From positions 21,018,001-21,082,000 of the forward strand of contig JBITNC010000002.1 of assembly GCA_050084985.1 (NCBI GenBank): a DNA stretch of 64,000 nucleotides. Reading direction: 5' to 3'. Source of the DNA: Nageia nagi. Taxonomy: Eukaryota > Plantae > Pinophyta. Positions 41,783 to 54,009 of the stretch are shown piece after piece. How positions within the stretch are numbered: position 1 is the first letter of the stretch; the number at the start of each line of letters is the position of its first letter. The notes under the pieces were generated by a model, which had not been told where the DNA came from, made no database searches, and saw only the letters and a program-made list of their open reading frames with translations. The position numbers were made by a program, and so were the translations under genes.

Positions 41783-43729
41783 TTATTATTTATTGATAAT
41801 ATGAAAATATGTAAGTGTTAAGAATTTAGACAAGTGAAACTCACTATAAGTGTTAATATTTTGAAGAAGTGAATAAGATTATTTTAGCTCTTAGTCTACC
41901 ATTTTTGATAGGAAATATCTGAACAAGTGAAATTCACCATAATGTACGATTACAAATATTTTGTAAGTTAAGATCTTAGCTAATTAACATAATATATCAT
42001 GATAATGTTAACTTAAGAATACTAAATAACAAATGAAAGCACAATAATATGAAGGGTGTTATTATTGAATTGTTATGATTTTATTTGATAAATATTATAG
42101 TAATCTATATCTATCAAGAATAATTATACTAATATCTAAGTTAACCATCTTTCATTAGAGAACTTGAACTTTTTTATTAATAGGATTAATTTTGTATCAA
42201 TAAAAAAAATTAATTTTAAATGGACCTCTAAAAATCTTTACATTTATGAAAACTATATGTGTATAATAATAGTATGTTTCTTCCATATAGCCTTTAATCA
42301 TATAGAAGATTGAAGTGCTAGCTTGTTGTAGGGGAGAATAGAGCATTCTCCTTTTATGTGTTTAAAACATTATCCCTCTCTTAATATAATATAACTATAT
42401 AGAATTCATAGAAGAGTAGGAAATCTTACATACAAATTTTTATGAAATAACAACTAAAAAAAATTACATAAAAGATTTAATTTTGATATTTCCTTCCTTT
42501 CTTCCATCCTTTCCTAATTATATGTATGGATATTCATCTTTCTATGGGAGCTTGAAAATTATTTCCTTACATATCCATTCTTGAAAACTTGATGTATATA
42601 TATTCTTTGTGTAATGAAGTGAAGTCCTTCTTGTCATTTACTTGTTCACAAATTAGGCTTGTTTATCCTTTTCTCATTATTGCTTCAACCAATGTTTTGT
42701 TTTATACCAAGTAATTTTTTGACACTCGAAGGATAATTTTTTTTGGTTTGGTGCAGACTTCTGGATTGAATTCTTTCACTACTTCTCCTTCTCTTTATCT
42801 ATTCATTTCTTGCTTGACTCCTCTATTTTGTTTTTTCTTCTTTTTCTTGAAGTTGATTATTTACTTTATTATCTTAATGCTCTAGATTATGTTTTTTGTT
42901 ATGTAATGGTTTGTCCTTTTTTGTGTTATTTTTTCTCTAACTTTGATTATCTAATTTAATGACTAAGCTTCTTTAAATTTGTAAGGTACTAACTTAAGTA
43001 TAATATCAAACTTAATAGATAAGTAACATATTTCAATGGGTGCCATAATTCCATGTATAAGAAGATGATATCATATACTAGATTAGTTATAGTAATATTA
43101 GAATGTTATATATTATTTTGATATTAATAAGTATAAAATCAAAAAACCATATAATAACAAATATATTAGATCATTAACATTGAAGAGCCAACTTTTTGAA
43201 ACATGTTAGTTTATTCCTATTCCTTCTTAATATATATCATAAGATAACAAAATGATAGATTGACAAATAATTGAACTTATATCTTTCATTCCTAATTTCA
43301 TAGAGTAAGAATATTATAATAATCTCAACATGTTACAAAGATTTTTCTAATAGAAAGTATAAAAGTTGTAAGAAAACCTATATAAACATGTATAGATAAT
43401 TCAAATAACTTAATGCAATTATGTTCTAAACTCATTTAAAATTACAATGGCATTTCAAGATTGTACACCTACTATACACTTTTAGAAGGTTATTGTTTTA
43501 CACCTTACCAACTCTACTTACAGTTCTTGGTCAAGATGAATTTGATGGCCGCCCTAGTAGGAATTGGGTTTGATGGAAGCTTCCATGACTAATTGTTTAT
43601 TCTGGGAATACAAGAAGTCCATTGCATATGTGGCATTTGATAGCAAATATCAATTGGAGAGTTGTATCAATTTGATAGCAAATTTGATATTTATATTTTG
43701 TATTTATTTTTATAAATTCAAATAACCAT

Positions 43730-44633
43730 AATTTACTTTTACCTTTTATTTAGTTATTTCAAGGTTTATTTTACAATAAATAACATCAACTTACACATTT
43801 ACTAGGACATGTAAAAGATTATTTAAACTAGCTTGACACTTTAGCTTGATGACACTATCTTTAGAAAATATTATTAATAATATAAGAAATATATCATATC
43901 CTTTAATTTGGCTAACATATTTTTTGAAATATATAAAAAATTATTTGATCTAACTTAATACTTTAATTTGAGACCATTTGATATGAGAAGAAAACGTTTG
44001 ATAATTTCAAATATACAATATTATTTAACTTGCAACTCCTAAAATTCAACACCATATAACAACATATATCCATTCATACCATTGATGATATTACTTTTTA
44101 CTTAATGGTACTTCACTATTATTTCATGATTTTAATTTTTTTCACTCTCTTCCAAAAAATATGACATTGAATACAATTTTATAAATCATAGCACACAAAA
44201 GATACATTGAAACTTATGATAATCCAAAAAAGATGACATTGAATACAATTTTATAAATCTTATCACACAAAAGATACATTGAAACCTATCATAATCCAAA
44301 TATGAATTTATAAAAACAAATACGAAATATAAGTATCCCTATATTTTCATAGTATCTTTTAAAAACATCATAATCTTCTAGTATTTTCAATATACATTTT
44401 AACGATCATAGCTAATATTTTCTTATTTAAATATTTCTATTTCTATCTGATATTATACTATACTATTATCATTCATAATATAGTATCTGAATTTTATCTC
44501 TGAAAGAAATTGAGAAAAGTATAAAGAATTAGATTATAAAAATAATTAAAGTGTTTCTTGTACTATTTCATATATTACAAAACAAGATCTCTGACAACTA
44601 CAACTGAGAGAATGAGCATAATATCACGGGAAT
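43730..44633. repeat. EXLA downstream flank duplicated at ~58870-59814
   Basis: Colinear: accttttatttagttatt..., aaactagcttgacactttagc..., gaaattgagaaaagtataaaga. Confidence 0.9.
44161..44300. repeat. 72-bp tandem duplication
   Basis: atgacattgaatacaattttataaatc... at 44161 and 44233; single copy in the paralogous flank. Confidence 0.9.
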
Positions 44634-45841
44634 TTAGACTTTATGCCTGGATGAAGATGTATTGCATCCGTAACAACTATCCATGAGATCAATTTCATGG
44701 ATCTGCAAGCCAACGTCATATAGGCCTCCCTTTTCCCAAACTGAAGGCAAAACAACCCAGTTTGCCCAAAATGTAGCTCCATCGTAGCCTGATGTTACTA
44801 GAAAACGAAACATAAGGTCACCCTTAGGAGGGTTGCAGATATCCCATATTGAACCATGGTTGCGGGATACTTCCTTCCAATTGTACCCACCAACCTGCAA
44901 ATAAACAAACCAACGTTGAATTTATCTTCTTGGTTTGAAGCAGATCGTCATTAAACAACAAAATAGCAGGAAGCACACATTATAGAAGGAATCATACTTA
45001 CTGTAGCAATCTCAACAGAAACTATCTCCGTTCGACCTCCTTCATATAAAAATTGCATGGCTAGATAGTCAGGGTACCTTCTGCTTTCAACTACCTTGAC
45101 AATAAGGTTACTGTCCTGGTATTCATACGATATCCTATTCAAACAAACTTTTAGAACTTGTAATGGAGTAAAGATGAGGTTGAAAAGAAATTATTCACTT
45201 AAGGTACAGCAAAATTTTTATAATGGATATCCACCAGGCCTGCCTCGAGGAGCTCACGGGCCATGTGGAGCATGGCCAAACTTGAAAATGTGGTCATGGG
45301 TACAACAAAATCTGCGATATTGCTTTTAATCACGTCTGTCACAACTCTTTTGGCACCTCTCCTTTTGGACAATCTTGGATCCGTGCATTTAATCTGCAAG
45401 AAATTATACAAATATAGCTATACGTGTAAGTATATGGTCGTTCTATAAATTTCAAGTCAAGATTAACCTTGAGTTCAGGTCACTACCTGTAGAACGCTCC
45501 ACATCTTCTCCCTTCTTTGTAATTAGAAGGGCTTCCTGCTGCAACTTTACCATCATTCAATGTTGCTGCAAAATCTTCATAGCCGCAAGCGCCCCCTGCA
45601 AACAATTTATGTTTATAATCTTGACTTCTTATACTTAGGCAAAAGAGAAATATAATTACATGGTGCCATGGATAGTTATACCTTTCATAACCTGGTGATG
45701 GGCGAAGTATGCAGTCTTTGACACACCATAATCACAGCATACGTCTGCCTGCCCTTTAGTTGCATCTACAAATACAGCAATCGTCACGATATACACTACA
45801 AACTCAAGAGAAGAGTTGAACACAGATCCTGTTGGAGCCAT
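44634..45841 (-). pseudogene. EXLA: Expansin-like A copy 2, pseudogene (exons 45682-45841, 45487-45595, 45215-45393, 45002-45134, 44634-44894)
   Basis: All five exons are present, but exon 2 is 109 nt versus 110 in copies 1/3 (frameshift, TGA at ~45339-45341). The intron-3 donor AG|GT has become AA|TT. Three conserved Cys are lost (C>F, C>S, C>Y). Confidence 0.88.
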
Positions 45842-46740
45842 GGCCTTGTCTTTTTTCTTCTCTGCTTCTTTCCATGAACAATAGCAAGAAAACAACTGAG
45901 CAAAATGAAGGAGATGAGAGCGTTTTATAGCTTGGAAGCTCATTAAATATCATTGAATCACCTAAAGCCGTTCACCAATCATAGTTGGGACGAACCGTTA
46001 AAAGGATATGGAACTATAACTTCAGAAGATAGGAGTTAGCCCCTTGGAGGACTTGTTTTGGCTTTGAAACACAACTATATTACGACGGTCGCATAAATTG
46101 CAAAGAATTCAATGAGATTGATGACTTGGCAATCCAACTCCTACAGATTGGTTACAGGTCGCAATTCGACATCATTCAATGGAGTCTCATTTATTGATTA
46201 ACAACTCCTCGACCACTTGCAGTATGAGAATTCAACCGATATGTGAACTTGGGCTAGAACAGGATATACTGATATAGTTTATTATCTATATATGGTCCTA
46301 GGAAATCGTCGTACTTAAAATATGAGATTTTCATTTATATTTACATTTACATTGTATAATATTTAAAGGTTTTTTTTTTAAATGAAAAAACAATTTAAAT
46401 GAAATTAAAAAGTGTTTATGAAAAAGGATTGTGGGTGGTAGAAATCACATTTTTTAGGTAGGTTCAATTAATTTTATTGATCGATTATGAATACAATAAA
46501 AAAAAAATTTCAAATACGGTTAAAATTTTTATAATTTTAATTAATATTTTTTTATTGAAAGAAGATTTATAATTTATATTTTTAATACAAAAATATTATA
46601 AAAAATATTTTATTTGAAGATAAATACATGTGGAAAAATGATTAATAATTTATACAAATAAATTGTTATTATTGTTTATTCGTATGACCTTATTGTTCTT
46701 CTTAACTTATCCTATTTAATATCTAAGTTAAGTTTAATAT

Positions 46741-49700
46741 CTAAGTATAAAGCTCTTGGAAGTTGCTTGAGGCCATACATGAACTTGTTTAACTTGTAGA
46801 CTAGATTTACTTTCTCTTTGATCTAAAATTCTTAAGGTTGTTGTGTTTAAACTTCTTTATCCAAGTAGCTATTCCAGAATATAATGTACTCTTAACATCC
46901 ATGTGATGTATTTCAACCTTGTGGGAAGCCAAAGAAAGAACCAAATTTACAGTTTCACGTGATTCCAAATGTACAAAAGGTTTGTTCATAATCAATATCA
47001 TAACTTTATATTAAGCCCTTAGCTGTAAGCTTTACCTTATTACTTTTTATAGTCCCATCATTTTTATATTGATCTTGAAGATCCATTTAGAACCAATGAA
47101 TTTTTTAAAGCTTTTGGAACCTCCAAAATCTCCCAAATATCATTCCTTGTGATGGAATTAATTTCTTATTTTATGGAATTCTACTATAAAATATTAGTGT
47201 ATGCTTATTCATTCCTAGATCAAATTGTCTACCCAAGGTTATAGTTGATGCTAGTTTTCTAAGATCATTGAGATGCTTTCAAGATTTGGCTTCTCATTAA
47301 ATAGCTTGCTTGATTTACTATGAGATCCAAGGAACTATTATTTCTTTTTTTGAGACTTGCACAACTCTCTAAGCACATTCTATTATTCTAATCAATGATG
47401 TTTGGATCTATACTTTCAAGAAGCCCTCCTCTTATGGTGATAACTTCTAGCTCAAGTAGAACAACCACTTGGGGATCAACTCATCACATCTTTTTTTTAT
47501 GCCTCTTCCCCCAAGTAAGCTCGCTAAAGACATCAAGAGGAGCACCTTCATCCACCACACCAAACTAGGAGATGTACATAGAGCATCAAGGTTCCTTCAT
47601 AGATGCATTAGATCACATCTTTCTTCTCTTCTATTATCAGTATCATAGAAACATCTAATAGTGATCATGCTTAAGCTCTCCCTGTAGCAGTGAGTACTAC
47701 AATATGCTCCCCTAGTGCATTCCAAAGCGACATTACCTTGGAAGCCTTAGTTTATGTATCCCTCCTTTCTTTTAGGGACATATTTCTCTTATACAGTTGT
47801 AGTTTCTAATTATTTTATGTTTTCCTTAGAGGCCCCACTAGGGGCTTGCTAGCTTCATCTACATGATTGTACTTTCTAGTCCAATTGATAGCTTTTGGTC
47901 ACCCAAGGATATTAACATACATTCTTCCTTTCTTTTTCTTTCTAGCTTAACACTACTCTTTAAAGCATAATTTACAACCTTACCTATAATCTCATCATCA
48001 TCGTTATCACTACATATTAAAGGTTTTCAAGTCTTATTATATCTTACTCCATTTGTTGTGCTTGGCCTCTTATGAGTCTTATTTTAAAATTGGTGTCTAG
48101 TATCTGAGAGGATGGATGACTAGAAATTATCCTTGAATTATTTTTGGTATTTACTGCAATTGAAGAATGGTCACCATCACCATTTGGGACTAATTTTTGT
48201 TAGTTGGGCTAAAAACTGGGCTACACTTTGGAGGATATCTGATCATTATATCTATAATGAACATTGAGTTTCTTATGACCATAATTCCCCCTTTATCAAA
48301 AATGACATCTCTATAAAGCACAAATTTATGAGCTTTTATATTGTAGACTCAATATGCTATGATATTTTTATAAGAGCCTAAAAAATACATGCTTCACCTT
48401 TAAGATCTATCTTTCTCTTATTTGCATCAGCTACATGATCATAACAAATAACATAAGACTCTAAAATAATTTACATTTGATTTCTTTTCATAGCATACCT
48501 CATTTGGAGTTATTCCATCTAATTTACTTGTAGGAATTCTATTCAAAATAAAGACTGTTATCCTAAGGACATCAACCCAACACATATTTGTAAATTTTTT
48601 TATTTGAAGCATTCTTTTAGCCATTTCAACAATAATTCTATTCTTGTAATCAACAACACCAATTTATTATAGATTATAAGCAACCATGAGTTGCCTTGTA
48701 ATTCTACCATATTTACAATATTGAAAGAATTCATTTAAGAAATATTCCCCTCCTCTACTAGTCCTTAAGCATTTGACATAGTATCCACTTTGATTCTCTC
48801 CATGATTTTTAATCTTGTTAAAGCATTCAATTTAAGCTTTATCTTCTATCTTCAACAAATAGAACCAACATATTCTTGATAAATAATCTATAAAAGTAAG
48901 AAAGTAGGAGGGTTAAAGCAAGAAGTTGGGTCCACTTAAAGGGGAAGCGGGTTAATTTTATGAAGTTGAAATTCAATGTTGGAAAAATTAGGATCCCCAT
49001 AAATATTGGGATCTTGATATTTAAAGCTAAAATACCTATAAATATCAAGATTTTGATATTTGAATCTTCGATTTCAACTTGAATTTAGGCTCAAAAAGGG
49101 CTTTGTTAGCCAACACTTAGCCTTGGACTTGCAAGTATATGTTCATAGCAATTTTAATGGAAAATATCAAATTTAGGTATACGTTTGATGGAGTTTTTCA
49201 TAGAATGTTTTTATGAAATTAAAACCCATTATAGATTAAAGAGTGTAGATTTCAAATATGTAATTTCATTTACAATTAGATAAGATTTTATATTTTTTAA
49301 TTATTTTTTAGTAAAGGTGGTCCATATACTTGAAATAAGAGGGTCTCATATTTTCTTAATATTTTTTTTAAAAGATTGAGTTTAGATCAAATTATGGTGG
49401 ATGGACATGAGTGATTTTTGAAACCACAAACATTAATGGTACAAAATTAATAAAAAAATAAATATTGGTTTCAAAATTATGAAAAAATATCCAGGATAAG
49501 CTCCAATGTGTTAGGTATCTTTTCTTAAACGTATTTTAAAAAATACCTTGATTTTAGTCAAATTATGATGAATATACAATGCATCGTATGCTCCAAAAAT
49601 AAGTTTTTTTTAAAAGTGATTTTGTTCATCCTATCAAATTTTAAATTCTATGATCTGGGTATTAGAAAAGCTTATATATTTGAAACCTATACTTTGAGCA

Positions 49701-50665
49701 CTATATTTTCATCCTAGTGATATTTTCCATGATTCCATGTTGAAGTGCTTCAAATTTTGAGATCTATTATACCCAAATTTAAAAATCAAGGAAAGCACTT
49801 CCACTTTTTGGCCTTAAAGTGGACCTAATTTCTTGCACCCACCCAAGAATTCTTACCCAACTTTATATTTGCATTACCCCATATATGTCCAAATGCACTG
49901 ATTATAGTGAAGAGGAAGCTCTCCATGCTTTTCCTGTTAGAATTAAACTTATTTCAGTTGTTTCCCAAAGTTTAACCTTCGCAAAATCTTTTGTGATCTT
50001 CAACCGTTTGTATTCCATATACAATTTCTTTAAATGTCAAAAATCTCAAACTTATAAAGTTTGAACGATCATATCTAAGGTGACACAACCTAGAACTTTT
50101 ATTTTATAAGGAAATATTTATTAGATAAGATACTTATCCTCCAAATTTTAATGTAAATAGTATATTATTTATCATAAGAACTATTGTGGCTAGCTTATCA
50201 CCATTATTTTTGTTAAATATTACACACTTTCCATATAACAAAATAGTTTTATATATAATTTTTAGTCTTTATTTAACCAACACTTAAAAACATTATGTTT
50301 CAAATTTGGAATGTTGTAAATATCATATATTTTCTTTTTATTTCTTTCTTGTGCACCTCCATAACTCTAATAGCTTCAAAATGCAAGGCCTTTTCAACAT
50401 CAATCTTAATATTAGACTTAAAATTGTATGTGTTATCCATGTTAGTAAACAACTCCCTTTTGCTAGTGTTGTGGTTGGAGTAGCTTGTATAAAGTATAAA
50501 TGTCTCTTGCAAATTCTGATCAAACTTTCCATAAGCTAAAAATGAGTTCAAATATTCTTTCTCTTTTTCATAATGTGCACTACTTCTCCTTTCTTGAGAA
50601 GCCTTCCACCTATATTCCGTCTCATAGTGACCAAATGTGTTACAATAGTAACATTATTATTTTTC
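46741..50665 (-). mobile_element. Paralogue of the copia at 10346-14340 (matches ~11660-13875), with two extra blocks
   Basis: Colinear RT/INT/PR sequence; extra DNA at ~47221-47942 and 48910-49844. Confidence 0.88.
48910..49844. mobile_element. Non-autonomous TIR DNA transposon (935 bp), GGG...CCC ends, 4-bp TSD
   Basis: 33-bp imperfect TIRs (26/33 match); TSD agga (48906-48909) / aaga (49845-49848). The empty site gtaggaattctt is visible in the paralogue at ~13064-13075. Confidence 0.85.
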
Positions 50666-50669
50666 TTTG

Positions 50670-53600
50670 CCACCTCAAAAATGTCTAAAGCAATTGACAA
50701 GCCTTCAAGATAAGATCAATTCGGTAAGAAAATTCATTTAAAAACATAGAGATAAGTATTTATTATTTACTAATTTGTTGAAAAAGGAAGTAATGTTTGT
50801 ATGGGATGAAAAATATCAAAAAGCATTTGAGAACATCAAATATTATTTTCTTAATCCACCCATACTAGTGCCTATGGATTTTAGCAAAGGGAGTTATCTC
50901 CACATTTCAGCCAAAATATTTTCCTTGGGGGAAATGCTATGCAACAAGATGATAAAAAGGAGGAAAGGGAAATCTACTATCTTATTAAGACTCTTATAGA
51001 CTATTAAACAAGGTACACTCCCATTAAAAAATTTATTTTGGCATAATTTTAGCAACTAAAAAATTGAGACATTATCTTTTATATTTCCTACATATATTAT
51101 TAGCCTAGTTAATCCACTAAAATATCTTATAGATAACTAACATTGATTACGAAAAGTGGCTAAATGGCTAATTTTATTACAAGAATTTGATATAACTAGG
51201 ATATCCCAAATGAGTTTGTTTACTATATGAAAGATAAACCTAAGTCCTAGATATTGTATTTTGATGCATCAAAGTGTACATATGGGTTAGGGGAAGATAT
51301 TATAGTGGTTTCACATTCTAATGATGTCATTATTATGGTATATAAACTTCCATTCAAGTGCACTAATAATATGGTAGAATATAAGGCTTTAATTATGGGT
51401 TTGAAAGCACCAATTTTGTTAAAAATAGAGAATTTTGAAATATATGGTGATTCACAACTTATCATTAATCAATTAAGTAATATATATAAAATAAAGGATT
51501 AAAAATTGCATCTTTATAAGATAGTAGTTGCTAAGCTCCTTCATTAATTTGAGAGGTACACTATTTTTACTATACCTAAAATAAAGAATAGATATGCAAA
51601 TGCAATGAAAAGTGCAACTTCCTTAGCTCCAAATGAAATAGTGGATGAGCATACAATTTTAAAGATAAAAGCATTTGGCTCATTCTTATTATATGGATAA
51701 TGATAGTGATATAGAAGTATGTTGTGTTTCACAAGATGAAATGGATACATCATGGTATAATAATTTTTATAAATATTTGAAACATCAATTAATACCATTT
51801 AATTATGATAGGAATGAGAAGATCATATTATAGAGAATAACTCTTAAATATATCATAATTGTAGAAATACTAGCTAGAAGATCATTTGATGGGGCCTTAT
51901 TAAGGTGTCTTACTTGAGATGAAACAACCACAACACTTGAACAAGCACATAAGGGCTTATGTGAGGGGCATTTCTTTGTAAAGGCTTTATACACTAACCT
52001 TTTACTTATTTGATACTATTGGCCAATAATGGAAGAATCTTGTAATGATCATGTTAGAACATATATTTAATATAAAAAATATTATATTATAGAAAAACAA
52101 CCAACACAAGAGCTAAATTTAGTTATTTCACCATGGCCTTTTATAACTTGGGGTAGTGACATAATTGGTTTGATTAATCCTCATTCAAGATATAGACACA
52201 AATTCATTATCACAACTATAAAATTTACCACTAAATGGGTAGAGGAAACATTAATAAAGTTAGTTACATAAGAGAAGTTAATAGAATTCTTGATTGAGAA
52301 TATTATCACAAGGTTTTGAGTCCCACAAGAGTTGATCATGGATAATGGACCAAATTGAAAGGGTAACGATATGAAATCCTTTCATAAAAAGTTTCATATA
52401 ACTCAAAAGTTTTATAAAAAGTTTCATATAACTCTAAAGTTTTCTTTAGTTTACTATCCATAAGGAAATGTCCAAGCTAAAGCATCAAATAAAATAATCA
52501 ACAACATCTTGTCCAAGATATGGAATAAATATAAGAGAGATTGACATTACCAACTACTTTCGGAATATTGAATAAGTATAACAATAACCACTAGAGAAAC
52601 TCCATTTTTATTAGTTTATGATGATGAAGTTGTAGTGCCACTCAAATTAGAGATTCTATATTAAGAATCTCAATATAAGGATACATTCTAAATGAATATG
52701 TAACATTACAATATTTAGAAGCTCTTTATGAAAAAAGAATCCATACAATGCATTTCACGTAAACCTAAAGAAAAGATTTAACAAAAATATCAAGACAAAA
52801 TTTTGAAGTAGGAGACTCAATGTTAAGAAAAACATCACCAAAATAGCTATAAATGATGAGTGGAAGCTATAGGATCAAGCACATACCAATTATATTCAGT
52901 AGATGGAAAAGTACAAAATACCTTAAATTCCATGTACTTGAAATGCTTCTACATATGAAGGAATCACCTTGTAAGTAAAACAACATGATGCATCAAAATG
53001 AGATACGTGTACAATATTTTATATTTTTATTTTAGGTTTTATTTTTGCCTTGCATAAGGCATTAACACCATATTTTTGCTTGCATGTCATTAACATCATA
53101 AATTTTCAAAAAAATGTAAATAAAATGAGAATAATGTTAATAGATCATGAACATAAAATATATGATCATTGATGGCCAATGATACGACTAGTAAGATTTC
53201 ACTCAATTAAAAAGAAAATTGATGATACAATTGTTAATAAGGATTTTCATATGGAATCATACTCAATGGATGATCCATCATAATGTGTATCCATACATGT
53301 TTAATATTATAGTCATAAAAGTATAATATCTTTATATCATAGACATAAAAAATGTAAGATCAATGATGGTCAATGATACAATTAGTGATAGTTCACTCAC
53401 TTAATGAAAATTGATGATACAACCATTAATGGGGATGTTAATATTGATTCATACTCAATGGATAATGCACATTATTGTGTATCTATTTCTAACATCATTT
53501 TCCATTATAGAGTATTTTCTACTTTATTTTTTATTGCAAGTTCTAAAAAAATAATATCAAAGCACCAATATCACTAGAGTACTATTTTCATATCACTGGT

Positions 53601-53925
53601 GACATTTATTGTACCACATCAATATCTAAAACTATTGTATCTCTTCTACATCAAGGTATGGAAACTAGAACATAAGGCTCCATAGTATCTAATACAAAGG
53701 AGTCGTTATTTTCATGCTTGAGTATCTAGAAAGGGGAAAAAGTAGGAATGTATTCATGTTTTATTTTGTCCCCTACATCCATGGAGCTTTGTTAGGGTAG
53801 CCAATTCAAAAGAGCGAAATGAAGGGCTTGTATCAAAGGATCATGTTGCTATACAAGAGTTCAAAGTTATCAAAATTTCATTCTACTTTTCTTCTTGGTA
53901 CATATAACTTCATGTATTCCATAAA
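50670..53925 (+). mobile_element. Tat/Ogre fragment (RH, additional RH, INT, 3' non-coding region), paralogue of ~38580-41205
   Basis: YFDASKC..CTNNMVEYKAL..YGDSQLII; INT IMDNGPN; 3' region colinear with 40350-41205. Confidence 0.85.
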
Positions 53926-54009
53926 GTCATCAAGAGTAGAAATGTTATTCTTAATGAAAAGTGTTTGTATAAAGACATGTTATAGGAAAAGCAAAAGGAA
54001 AGGGAAGAA

